Source: Octopus sinensis (taxonomy: Eukaryota). From it: a stretch of DNA of 64,000 nucleotides. Below are positions 24,579-38,218 of the stretch, piece by piece. Position 1 is the stretch's first letter, and each line of letters opens with the position of its first letter. The DNA is taken from assembly GCF_006345805.1 (NCBI RefSeq), contig NW_021833019.1, positions 1-64,000 of the forward strand. Reading direction: 5' to 3'. The notes beneath the pieces are model-generated. The model made no database searches. It was not told the DNA's origin and saw only the letters and a program-made list of their open reading frames with translations. Position numbers and translations under genes: made by a program.

Positions 24579-27500
24579 TCACCACCTCAATACTACTGCA
24601 GTAACAAAAACTTAAAGAAACATAGGAAGCAGAATGCGCCCCCCACGGCTCAAACAAGAAATCCCCAAATATGCCGCTATTCACTGCGCCAGAGACTCTG
24701 CACAAATAGTGACTGCATCTTCACGCATCTACCCGGCACTAGACGCACTACCAGCCAAGGCCAAAGCACGCATCCCACAATAACATCAACACCACCAAAT
24801 AGTAAATCGAAATTCAAAACACACACAACTCGGAGTCCCAAAATCTGCCGGTATTCCCAACGTGAGAGAACATGTCTACTGAGTGACTGTCCCTTCACTC
24901 ATCTTCCAGGGACCCGATGCACAAACAGAAACGGGGCCTCAAGCCAACACACAAACCTGAATAACAATAAAAATAGAAACACACCATGCTGCAGTAATGC
25001 TGGTCCAGTCTTTTCAGGAAGACACAAAACAACAACAACAAAAGTGGAAACTACAACCCTATCCAACAGTGCAACCACACCTCCAGCCAAAAACTGCTCC
25101 CTAAGCAGGAAAATTCTTTTTTAGCCATGTTGAACATGGCAAAAGAGATACACAAAAACATTCTAGCCATCACTCAACACCATCCTATGCTATTACCCCA
25201 GTGCACCAATTCCCCACATTGCTGCCACTAACACACACAAAAAATCCAAGCCCCCTGCAACAGTCAAAACCAGCCACTACACTAACCTCCACATTCCTAC
25301 TCAATGCACAAGGTGTCAGCCCTTCCATCAATGCACAAAAATGGAAGGTCCAATTCATTGAAGACTGGGTTGGTAACCATTCACACCACATCCCTTTCTT
25401 CATTCTCACTGAGACCCACCTTGACAACTCCCACTTGGAAGCCGAAGTGAGAGTGAAGAAGAATTTCACAACCATCCGCGCGGATCGTATCGGCAGGAGG
25501 AAGGGTGGAACTGCCATTTTCCTGCATGATTCATTTACGGCAGATGGAAATAGTATATTCTCCAACGGCTACTGTGAATCAGTCACCGTGCACAACAAAG
25601 CCAATGACCTGACAGTAATTGGGCTCTATAGGCCGCCCAAAAACCCCATACTGTGCTTTAAAGAATGCCTCACCAGCATTAAGTGCTTTATTCAACAGTG
25701 CCATTCTAGCAACATACTCATGATGGGAGACTTCAATCTACCCTGTGTTGACTGGACTACAAACTGTTTGAAACCAAGCACTCCCGCCTCAACCGCTGAC
25801 AAAGAAGCAGCAGAGTCACTTTTCGACTTTACGAATGAGTTTTTTCTTGTCCCAACTTGTCCTTGCACCAACAAGACATCAGAACATATTGGACCTAGTG
25901 TTTAGTAACCACACTAACACTATACATAACGTTACAGTGGAAAAAAACCTTCTTTCAGACCATGACATGGTTCTCTGTAACATGAAATTCCACCAGCCGA
26001 AAGCTAATCCTAGTGACCTTCCTCCAGCCCACCCATTTGACAACATGGATCTCCATAAAGCCAACTGGGATGCAATCAGGAACGAGCTATCAAATGTTGA
26101 CTGGTCCTTTACACATACACACATCTCACCAACCATAAAACATCTTGGCAGATCTTTGTAGACACCGTCACAGACATATGTGCAAAACACTCCCCACCAA
26201 GACCTGTGAACAAAAAGTGCAGAATCCCCCAAAACAGAAAAACCATTATCAGAAAAATAAAAGAACAAACAAAAAAATTAACAAACTAAAGTACTGCCAA
26301 CAGCAAAAACACACATTCGACGGCTATCGCACTGCTTGAATCCAAAAAATATAACCTCCAACATGCATGAAGACCCTCATCAATAACCAAAGATCAGCTG
26401 AGGAGAAGTGGGCCATTGAAAAAATCAAACTCAACCCCAAAGTGTTCTTTTCATTTGCGAGGAAACGCAGGGTCCCTGTCTCCACTGTAGGCCCTCTAAT
26501 TGACGAAACTGGCACTCTCCAAGATAATGCCAAATCCATGGCCGAGATACTGCAGAAACAATACTGCTCTGTTTTCAGCAATCCTGATATGGCCGATCTG
26601 GGCTGTATCAGTGATGTCAACCCCCAACACACTATATCGGACATAACGTTTAGTGCCCCTGATGTCTTAGCGGCGATAAACGAAATAAAACACAATTCAG
26701 CAGTAGGCCCCGATAGGTTCCCTGCTTGTGTCCTGAGGTGTGTGTGTCGACACCAACTTGCATCTCCCCTTGCTAATCTGTGGAGAAACTCACTGGATGC
26801 TGGCTATATTCCAAAAAAACCTTCTGTCCCAGTCTGTTGTCCCAGTTTTCAAAAAGGGAAACAAGTCCCTTGCAGTGAATTACCGTCCGATCTCACTCAC
26901 CTCTCATATCATCAAGGTATTTGAGAGGGTGGTGAGATCTCGAATAAACCAATTTCTGGAAAGCAACAGACGGCTGATCTCCAACCAACATGGGTTCCGT
27001 AATGGAAGGGACTGCCTAACGCAGCTCCTGCATCACTTTGAGGACATTTTGAGAGCTTTGGGAGAGGGCTCCAACACCGATGTCATCTACCTTGATTTCA
27101 GTAAGGCCTTCGACAGGGTCGATCACAAGATCCTATTGAAAAAACTATCCAACATTGGTGTCTCTGGAAAGTTACTGAAATGGATTAAGTGTTTCCTGAC
27201 AGACAGATCTCAACATGTTGTAGTTGAAGGGGTTAAAATCAAGCCCAGCCAAAGTCAGTAGTGGCGTTCCGCAAGGCACTGTTGCTGGGCCCACTTCTTT
27301 TCATCATTTACATTAATGACATTAATGACATCATCAAGCACAGCAACATAAAAATCTTTGCAGATGACTCCAAGCTACAGAAGGTCATAAATGAGGCGAG
27401 TGACCGGACATGCCTTCAGTCAGATCTACTGGCTGTTATCCAATGCGGCAGAAAAAACAATATGCTGCTGAACGAGGATAAATTTGAGCTAATCCACTTT

Positions 27501-28332
27501 GGAAAAGAGGATGCCCTGAAACTCCCATACTCCCTTCCTTCAGGTGAAACTCTCACGGCATCCAACAACATCAGAGACTTGGGAGTAATTGTGGACAACA
27601 ACGTAAGCTGGGCCACTCATATATAAACACCAAAGTTGACATGGCCCGCAGAATGTGTTCCTGGATTCTCAGAACTTTCCAGTCGAGAGATATCCACACC
27701 ATTATCCTTCTCTTCTCCACTTTTGCCCGACCCCACCTTGAATATGTTGTCCACTGTGGTCTCCCCACACAATACAAGGTATCATAAAAGTTGAAGCACC
27801 TCAAAGGGCAATCACAAAAAAGATAGATGGCATGACAGGCCTCGACTATTGGGGTCGACTAGAAAAGCTAAAACTCTATTCTCTCCAACGTCGTCGTGAG
27901 CGCTACATCATCTGCATGATGTGGAAAATGTTCCATCAGCATTGCCCAAATGATGTTGGCATCACCTTAAGGTACATCCAAGGCTTGGGCCCCGTGCCAT
28001 CGCCCCAAAACAAAAATCGCACTCTCATCTCATAACAACAATACGGCACAATTATTTCACCTCAATTGGCCCCGCTCTCTTAACATTACACCAAAACACA
28101 TTAAAACAGAAACTGACCCTATAGGGTTCAAGAAGTCTTGGACAGATTCCTTCAAGAAATCCCGGATAAACCCCCTACACCCGGATATGTCTCTGTAAAC
28201 AATAACTCTCTACTTGAGTGGGCCATAGTGCCCAATTCTGACTTCAAAGACTTCACCAGGTGGTGCTATTAAGTTAGACATGGCCTGGGCCAATAATGGC
28301 CGAAATATCAAAGTATCAAAGTATCAAAGTAT
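24578..28332 (+). mobile_element. Near-full-length CR1/Jockey-group LINE (ORF1 C-terminus, APE endonuclease, RT), multiply frameshifted
   Basis: Two CCCH fingers (ORF1 end). APE: FLLNAQG, ILTETHL, GLYRPP, LMMGDFNLP, LDLVFS, LSDHDMV. RT: VVPVFKKGNKSLAVNYRPISLTS, QHGFRNGR, IYLDFSKAFDRVDH, LGPLLFIIYIND, IFADDSK, RDLGVIVD, LKLYSLQRRRERY. Tail of (ATCAAAGT)x3 at 28307-28332. Confidence 0.95.
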
Positions 28333-28338
28333 ATATAC

Positions 28339-28381
<43 letters not shown>

Positions 28382-28624
28382 ATATATATATATATATATA
28401 TATCATATATATACATATATATATATACATATATATTATATATATATATATACATATAATACATATATATATTATATATACATACTATATAACATATAAT
28501 ATATATACATATATATACTATATACATACATATATATATAATATATTATATATTAATATATATATATATATATATACATATATATACATATATATATATA
28601 TACATATAATACATATATATAATA

Positions 28625-28657
<33 letters not shown>

Positions 28658-28792
28658 TATATATATACATATATAACATATATATATATATATACTATAT
28701 ATACATATATATATATAATACATATATTATATATATACTATATATATACCAATACATATACATATATATATAATATATATATATATATATAG

Positions 28793-28834
<42 letters not shown>

Positions 28835-28884
28835 ATATACATTACATATATATATATACATATACATATATAATATCTATATAC

Positions 28885-28917
<33 letters not shown>

Positions 28918-29229
28918 ATATATATATATACATTATAATATATACATAATCTATATATATATAGATATAAATATATATATATATATATTATATATAATAA
29001 TATAACATCTATATACATATATAATAATATATATAATATATATATATACATATATATAATATATAATATATATATCTATATATATATACATATATATACA
29101 TAATATATATACATATATATACTATATATAAATAAATATATATATATATATATTATATCATATATATACATATATATATATATATACCATATAATTACAT
29201 AACATATATATATATATATTATACTATAA

Positions 29230-29260
<31 letters not shown>

Positions 29261-29297
29261 AATATATATATACATTATATATATAATATATATATAC

Positions 29298-29330
<33 letters not shown>

Positions 29331-29632
29331 ATACTATATATATTATATATTATATACATATATATACATATATATATATACATATATATACATATATATA
29401 AATAATTATATATATATATATATATATACATATATATACATATATATATATATATACATATATATATACATATACATATATATATATACATATATATTAT
29501 ATATATACATATATATATATATATCAATATATATTATTATATATATTATATATTATATACATATATATACATATATATCTATATAATATATATTATACTA
29601 TACATATACATATATATATATACATATACATA

Positions 29633-29668
<36 letters not shown>

Positions 29669-29676
29669 GATATACA

Positions 29677-29740
<64 letters not shown>

Positions 29741-29817
29741 CATATATTATAATATATATATCATATATATATATACATATATATATATATAATATACATA
29801 TATTATATTATATATAT
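28333..29817. repeat. ~1.5 kb imperfect (TA)n/(TACA)n low-complexity tract
   Basis: Direct reading. Confidence 0.97.
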
Positions 29818-29890
29818 CAGCTTCACAGACCCCAGTTGACCCGTCCAACCCATGCTAGCATGGAAAGCGGACGCTAAACGATGATGATGA

Positions 29891-29893
<3 letters not shown>
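29818..29893 (+). mobile_element. Extremely 5'-truncated RTE 3' end
   Basis: ...CCGTCCAACCCATGCTAGCATGGAAAGCGGACGCTAAACGATGATGATGATGAT. Confidence 0.85.
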
Positions 29894-29929
<36 letters not shown>

Positions 29930-30583
29930 TTTTACTTGCCACAGTCATTGAACTGGAGCCATGATAAGGCACCATTTTGAGGGGTCAAGTCAGATACTTG
30001 TTCTAGCAATCTTTTTTACCAAACTGAGAATGTAGGCAAACCAACTCTGGTGATCAAGCAGTGTGAGGATGGACAAACATAAACATGAACACACACGCAC
30101 ACACACATGCAACAGGATTCCAGCCAGTTTTCATCAATCAAATTTATTCACTAATCATCGGTTGGTCCTGGATTACAATGGAAGACACATATGCAAAGTG
30201 CTGCACAGTTCATAGATGTGTATACATCTTTATACAGAGTTGATGTAAAAACATCAGATAATATATCTTTGGTATTTAAAGGCTTAATTATAATAAAAAA
30301 AAACATCATTAAACTTCACAAGTTTATTGTAATAAAATAAAAATGTAAGGAATATACTTGTTTGCTTATACAAAATTGGCTAAAATGATGGTTGAGTGAC
30401 ATATTTTCAACATATCATATCATATGTATGTATGTATGTATGTGCGTGCGTGCGTATTACCTTACTTGGAAACAAGAGGTTGGTACTAAAAAAAGTATCC
30501 ACCCATAGAAAACCTCAATGAATTCCATCTAGTCCATAAAGCGAAGAAACTTGGAAAAAGTGCCATGAAAATGATAATCATAT

Positions 30584-30584
30584 A

Positions 30585-30655
<71 letters not shown>
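30584..30655. repeat. (CGCA)n microsatellite at the duplication junction
   Basis: Pure tetranucleotide run abutting the first base of duplication unit 2. Confidence 0.95.
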
Positions 30656-30656
<1 letters not shown>

Positions 30657-30985
30657 TGAGATAAAGTAATTGGTTGAGCATAATCAAAATACAGAACAGT
30701 ATCAATACACCAAAATTGAAAACAAGCTGAGCAAAATTAAAGGGAGCTGATTTTATGTATGAAACTAACTAGATCCTAGACATCTAATCATTAAAGTGGA
30801 AAAATTATCAAAATCGCCATTTCTATTCAGATTTTCAAATATATAATACTGCACTAATGGCTTTCTATTTCTTATTCTACTATATATACATTTATATAAC
30901 TGCTACATTCTGTGTATCATCAAAATATTTATATCATCATCTCCAAACAATAAATATGCCTATTTTTTAAATTAATTTCTTGATG

Positions 30986-31045
30986 CTGTGGAAGAACAAT
31001 GTGCTGAGGTTAGCGAGCCGAAATATTTAGAAATGGGACAACGAA
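30986..31045 (+). pseudogene. Mini-exon A3' (duplicate of A3; same lost acceptor and Tyr>Cys)
   Basis: Differs from A3 by one synonymous base (CCA/CCG). Confidence 0.5.
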
Positions 31046-31293
31046 GTAAGTACAATCAATATTGTTAGTACACAGCATAATCTTAGAACCTATCTTTAAA
31101 ATAGACAGACAGCTAACTATTATGAAAAATGTCACTCTCTAACTTTTGTGTATTAATATGCATGTATGTATGTGTGAGTGTTTTTGAGTCTATCTCATTA
31201 GTATTTATTATGGTAGAATCAGTACACAACTATCTTATTTAATTAAATATTATTTATAGCCATGCTATTTGTTCTTTTTTTAATTTCTTATAG

Positions 31294-31335
31294 GCATGGA
31301 TGGTACTTACGTTAACGTTTCAAAGAAACCTACTA
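31294..31335 (+). CDS. Host-gene mini-exon B3' (42 nt): GMDGTYVNVSKKPT
   Basis: tttcttatAG acceptor, GTAAGT donor, phase 1-1, YVNV. Confidence 0.7.
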
Positions 31336-31574
31336 GTAAGTATATAAGCAATTATTAAGAAAAAAAATTACATTCATTAGAGCAAGATTAGCAAATAGTT
31401 TGGCTCATTCTTTCTTTGAGTAGAATATGCAGCTTAATATATATGTATGATTGAAATTAAAACTTTGAAGATGTTAAAATTTCATTGCATATATAATAAA
31501 CTTCTGCTGATGATAAATATACATTTTACATATATGTTTAAAAATCTCATCACGCAATCAAACCAATGAAAGAA

Positions 31575-32404
31575 TCTTTATCTGGTCGCTCAACATGCTA
31601 AAAATAGCAGCCAAAGTATCCCCCTTCCTAAATCACACGCGCAAATATTCTTTATTATATTCAAAACACTGATGCAAATTTAGAAAGGATTATTGGTGGA
31701 AGATTTAATGATAGAAGCCAACAATGTGCTCATGAATTTTGGAAAGAAATTTATCTTTATTTTCAAATGTAATTTCAACAAAAGTTTACATTAATCAAAT
31801 ATGACACTGCTAGATGCATTAGATTGCATCAACATACTTGCAACATCTTTATAAATATAATTTGCAACTGCAATACAATTGTTTGTGGTAGACAATCACA
31901 ACTACCTATTGATTTAAAAGAAGAATTGTTTCTGCAACCAACTAATGGTCCTCGACAATTTAAATTTTTGATTACTAAAACCACAACATATTCACTTACA
32001 AAAAATTGTGAAACATGTTCACTCAATACTGAACATGAAATTACTTCCAGAATTGAATTTCCTCCTGAATTTAAATATCTTGTTATTCAAATTAATAGAT
32101 TTTTAATTAATCAAAATTTTAATATGGAAGAAAGAATTAAATGTGATATAATGAACTTCTGATCAAAAAGGCAGCAAATATTTGGCACAAATTTTCCTCT
32201 AAAAGCTGCTGTTATTCATAGAGGACCAACATCTAGAGCAGGCCACACTGATTAAAACTAGAGATGATATTTGGGATGAAATCAATGACAACATCATTAC
32301 AAAAAGACAAACTAAATTTCCTCCCAAATTGCCTGATTTTGTTTTATTATTTATGGAAAAAAATTTAAACAAATTAAAAAACAAAATTCAGTGGAATTGT
32401 AACT
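31575..32404 (+). pseudogene. Intronless USP (peptidase C19) pseudogene, copy 2 (better preserved)
   Basis: One frame runs from ~31636 to 32255 with two stops: ..RFNDRSQQCAHEFWKEIY..KNCETCSLNTEHEITSRIEFPPEFKYLVIQINRF..FPLKAAVIHRGPTSRAGH. After a frameshift it continues IKTRDDIWDEINDNIITKR..DFVLLFMEK. Cys box TGC at 31596. Confidence 0.85.
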
Positions 32405-35400
32405 AAAAATTAAATTTAAGACGAAGATTGTATGATTGATTAATGATTATTTAGGAACCAAATTCATAAATAGAAAAAAGTAACAAGAACATTTTCTTAA
32501 ATTTGGAAATTAAAAATAGTTTTTTTGGTTTATAAAATGGTTTTAATTTATGAAAAACCAAATATCTACATAAAATTGACAGTACAATAGTAGTCATTTT
32601 TTATTGCAAAATTAGGTTACATAAGGTGAGCCTGGTAACTGATGGTTTTGGGGTTTTGTTGTTTGTAACATTTGGTGAGCTATTGTGCAACCAACAACAT
32701 AGTAAAAATCCCAGCCATTAATTCAATCAAAACATATATTTAAATTAAACATGAAAAAATTGAAATATTATCATCACTTACATGGAAAAATTGAAATATT
32801 ATCTTTGACTATTTTATAAGGTAAAATCTTAAATCATTAACTGACACATTATTAATTAACTTATAACAGCAATGCGTGGAAAAATCATGGATTACATGGA
32901 AAAATGTGAGCATGAAAAGTAATATTCTTAAGATTATAAATCTGGAAAAGTACAGAACAAGTTATTACACATTTAAAAGTATAGGACAAACTATTACTTC
33001 AAGTAAAGTAATGAATAAGAAACTTTTACTTAAAACATTGCCACTAAAATAAAATTTGAGTATTAAAATCATTTTATTATAGTTTACAAAATAGTTTACA
33101 AATAACACTATACTTATTTAAATAGAATTTGGCTAATTTAACCTTAAATACAGAAAAAAGTGACTTATTAGACAAACTTACAAATTGATGAACAGTTTTG
33201 TACAATAAATTTAAAAGATGAGAACTGTGAAGAATGATAAATTAGAGAAATGGCATTCTTTGCTGCAATATTTTAAGTAAAAAGTTGCTTATTCTTTACT
33301 TTACTTGAAGTAATAGTTTGTCCTGTACTTTTACAGGTGTAATAACTTCTCCTATACTTTTCTAGGTTTATTGAGATTACTAGACATGAAGCATAATGTA
33401 TAGAGCAGATTTGTAATGGTGAATGATTCACATCTTGATCAGAAACTGTTTTGAGTACCCACAATCAGTCCTGCTCATGGACACCACTGATATGAAAGTA
33501 ACATTGGAAGATAGTGAATGACTTCTCTTAATGGTAACATCATCATCATCATCGTTTAACGTCTGCTTTCCATGCTAGCATGGTTTCTACGATTTGACTG
33601 AGGACTGGCGAATCAGATGGCTACACCAGGCTCCAATCTGATCTGGCAAAGTTTCTACAGCTGTATGCCAACCACTCCGAGAGTGTAGTGGGTGCTTTTA
33701 CGTGCCACCGGCGCGAGGGCTAGTCAGGCAGTAATGGCAATGGCCACTCCAAATGGTGTTTTTTACATACCACCTGCACTGGCAACGACCTCGCTCGAAT
33801 GTTTTTTTCACATGCCACCAGCACAAGTGCCAGTAAGGCACACTGGTAACGATCACGCATTGAATGAATGGCGCTTTTTACATGCCACTGGCATGGAAGC
33901 CAGTAGTACTCTGGTACGATCATGCTCGGATGGTGCTTTAGCAATCACTAGTGCTAATTTTCATGCTAATTTTCTTCACTGAAAAACTCATTATTATAAT
34001 TTGACTATTAATTTCACTTTTTGTTTTTGTTGGGCTTTGTAATGTATTGCATATATTATATACTCTGTATTTTATACCCAGCTGTTGTATTCTACCTTGC
34101 ACAAACTAAAAGTTGCATCCTATTGACATTTACGAAAAACAACAAAGAAATGAGATAAATCCATAAGTGGTTATATGAAGATATTGTCTTAAAACATATT
34201 TATTTTGAAATAAGTTTTTCTAATGACCTTTCATGCTTTGTTTTCTTGAAAGTAGATAGTGTCAGAATAGTTGAGGTATGATTAAGTTCTTCTTTCATTT
34301 TGTAAGTATTGTTATTCATGAATTTAATACTGTATTTAAAGTCAAGCTATTTTACTGGTTTGACTTCTTTCATAATATTTCCTTAATGAAGATGTCATAT
34401 ATTGAAAACCATCTCTCAAATATGTTCTGGAAGTATAACTGTACATTCAAAAATATCCTGAACTCTAAACTTATATTAACAGTTTCTTACATTCTCTTGT
34501 ATTCTAACCTGATTATATCCATATGCAGAACATGGGTATATAAAATAATGCAAGTAATAGTAAACTAAAATCTAAGCCTATGAAAGAAGAAACTATTTAT
34601 ACTTATATTTCTCTGAATTATATATAATAAATAAATTTGTCTCTTTTTATCTTTTTCTTAGTTATGATTATATATATACAGGATTTGTGCACTATCATTT
34701 CATCCATATTCATTGGTGAAGCTTGGATTTTCTATATATTTCTAAAAATACTTATGGAATTAGAGGAATTAGATTTAATTTATTCTCATCATTTTATGTA
34801 TCTAAATTTATCTTTAAGAAACAAGAATTTTTCATTCACTATATAGTTCTGATATTTTTCTCATTTCACAGCAGTTTTAGTCTGAATTACATTTAGATAT
34901 TTAAGTTTTTATTAATTTGCTTAAATTCTTATTAAGTTTTTTGATATTAGTTACTTAAATTCTCAGACACTCAGTTACTAAATTAGCTTGCTACCTGTCT
35001 TTGTTTAAACTCAGCGTGAGTTTCTGAACTTACAAAATGGAAACATACAACCATGAATTCTTTCATTGCTAAGCATTCATATGTGTTTCAACTTGAAGTT
35101 CTTCAGAAATGGAAACCTGTAAAGCATCTTGCAATTAGAACCAATAACTTAATCTTGTTAAAGATCACCAAAACACAACACTGCACATCTCAAAAAAATA
35201 TCTATTACACCTTTTTCTCTCATGAATATTAAAACTTTATGTAAATTCTAACACTCTTCATATATTTTCCACTGATACTCCAACTATCCAAACTTCAGTG
35301 CCAAACAACTGACAATAAACAACCGTCACCAAGAAAATTTGCTCTCATCCCCACATCAGAATCGTACTGTAAACTCCCCTGACAGTTGCTGCAAAATCTA

Positions 35401-36254
35401 CCAAACCAGAAAATCATCTTGGAGAGAGCTGATAGTTATTGGTACAGAAAACACATGTTCTATAGGAAAATCCATGAAAAACTGTTCAAAGGAACAATTA
35501 ACACTGAAATTAATGTACTAGATTGACAGACAGTTGCACATACAACACTAGTTGCAAAACACGAGGAGCATATGACCAAAAACTACAAGCTCATAGCATA
35601 CTTGGAAGTTATATATGAATTATATACAGTTTTCTTGAATGCATTCCTCCACGTCCACTGTGGAATAAGCAATATGGTGGCTGAAGAGTGGGCAAGAGGA
35701 AAGAAAGGAGTCTTAGGCTGGGATGAACAGCTTCTTATAAACCTTCCTTAAGATAACAAAACAGCATTGCTAAAACTTATTGACTGTATGGTTAGACTCT
35801 AAGAAGTTGTTTGATTCTGCTTATTACTTATGGATAAGAGAGTCACCTCATTTTGTTGAGGTTCTAAATGATATATTCATTGTTATTAAGGGACTGACAA
35901 CATCATGGTCCACAAGAACTATCAATAAGAACTGGAGCTACCACTATAGTCACTAACAAAGTTATATTATCTACAGGAATATTTCAGGGTGACAGCTCAT
36001 CTGTAATGCTTTTCATCCTAACAGCGAACCATTTGTCAGCATTTAAAGGATTACATGATAGGATCTGCACCCACATCTTTTTTGTTTATAACCTTACTAC
36101 TACTACTTCCAATCATTTTAGTATTTAAGTAAGCATACTCTAATATTCAATTATTTTTCTGCAAAGCATGTAATTACTTTCAAAATTACCAAGCATCAAA
36201 TAACTGTTTAAGAGATCAGGATCTCATGTGCATTTTTATTCTTTCATTTTGTAG

Positions 36255-36265
36255 GTTACCAGTGA
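36255..36265 (+). CDS. Duplicate candidate last coding exon (G-Y-Q-stop)
   Basis: Same acceptor context as 21864. Confidence 0.3.
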
Positions 36266-37600
36266 AGGTCTATGTTCTACAGATGAACAAAAGGAACCTA
36301 GAATCTTCCAGAACTGAATGAAACCTTGTGAGCAACCAATCAGTCTCTTTGTCATCATTTCATGGACACTTTTGCAAGCACTGAAGATTTGAACTAAATA
36401 TCTGATACTACCATAAAATTATTGATTTCTGTTATATGCTATAACTGCTTTGTTTTATCTTCAGTCTTTATAAATGTCTATCTATAACTAAACATTTGCA
36501 TCAATGAAGTAAACCCAGTTAAATTTCAGTATTTCTTTCCTCTTATATGAGTCATCATCATTTAAACACAGTATGGATATTTAGCAACATAGTTATGAAT
36601 ATCATTGATTTTTGGAACATATTTTAGAATAATCTCTTGAAAAAAAATTAAGAATTTGAATTCATGCCAATTTTCTACAAATGACCAGCAATTATGATTG
36701 GGTTTTTTCCACATTAAACATATTCTTGAAACCATTTACAACTTCATGATTAAAATTTGTGATGTTCACTTTACAAAAGTTCATTATATACTTTGTTATT
36801 TTACTGCATTGAAATCAGCGTATTCAGATTTCATTCTGTCACATTTATACATACATAAATTCAGAATTATAATCCTTGATATTATCAAGTTTTAAATTCA
36901 ATCTTTTCAGCCCTTTTAAATCCAAGGTCATTTTTTTAAATACTAAAATTATGTGTACTAGAATTCATTTTTCTTCTTGGTGATTATGAAGCTATGTGTT
37001 TTTTATACCCACATTTAACCATTCTTTCTATAAAGAAATACTTCACCTTATATGCTATACCATTGTAATATATTTACTAAAAGGAAAAAGATCACTGTAC
37101 ATATATGGAATTCTTCCAACAATAATGCATGTTAGAGATGTTCCAATGTTAAGTTTGTCATTGCTTGTGAACAGTTATCACATTGTTCCTGCAAAAGTGC
37201 TTGATTATTCTTGTCTTAAATAAATACCTTGAAGTATTTAATTTCTTACCAATTCTATTTTTCTATTCAAATAAATATGGATTATTGCGCATTTTAATTA
37301 GTAATTTTATCACTATTTCAGCAAGTACTATCAAGGCTAGTCTTTGCTAATAAGGTCATAATAAAGCCAAAATATATTCAGAGCTGATAAAAATCAAAAT
37401 ATTATCATTAATTAATATCATGATGTTTTTAGCTGCTTATTTATTTCTAGTTTATTTTCTAACTCTCCATGCTTTAAATATGTTATAACTAGCTTTGCTT
37501 TGTTTTCTTACCTAAAAACTATCTCACAGACATCAAGCTAAATTAAGAGAAGTTAATAGAAGTCAAACGCACTTATGAACAAGACAGGAGAAAATGAAGA

Positions 37601-38218
37601 AGTAACAATTGAGAAAATGAAAACAAAAAGATGAAAAAATGAGTGTGTGAAAAGGTGAGTATTTAATAGATTACATAAACATCAAAACACTTAAAAAAGA
37701 TAGACCAGCAGAAAATTATGTATCTTACAACAAATACAAATTTAGAATTTTAAATCTATATCCTAGTTTAAGCCTGTTTTTTGTGTGTATGCACTCGCAC
37801 ACACACACACACACAGAGAAGAACTGACACAAAATTACCAAATTATAAGTCAATTTGCTTCCAATTAGCTTCATATCCTAAGACAGACAAAGATTTGTTC
37901 CTTTTTTAATAATATTACATAAGAATGTAAATACTGGCTTTTCAAGAACAGTTAATTTCCTTTTGTTATAATTTAGTCAATTCCCTTTTTTTTCTCTCTC
38001 TCTCTGTCTCTGTGCATGTGTGTATGTGTATGTAAAACAGGCTTAAACTAAGGTATAAATTGAAAATACTAAATTTGCATTTTTTTGTAAGATACATAAT
38101 TTTTCTTCTGGTTTATCTCTTCAGGCGTTTTAAGGTTTATGTAATCTATTAAAAACTCTTACCCTTTCACACTGTCTCATTTTCTTATCTTTTCATTTTC
38201 ATTTTCTTCATTGTTACT
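37601..38218. repeat. Diverged inverted repeat (arms ~37601-37818 and ~38005-38218)
   Basis: agtaacaat..gattacataaac..aaattatgtatcttaca..taagcctgtttt mirrors aaaacaggctta..tgtaagatacataatt..gtttatgtaatc..attgttact. The left arm is absent from duplication unit 1. Confidence 0.75.

Larger units (their letters stand above)
15464..30583 (+). repeat. Tandem segmental duplication, unit 1
   Basis: 15464-24325 aligns colinearly with 30656-39100, and 29925-30445 aligns with 42555-43110. A CR1 LINE and TA tracts occupy the middle of this unit. Confidence 0.95.
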
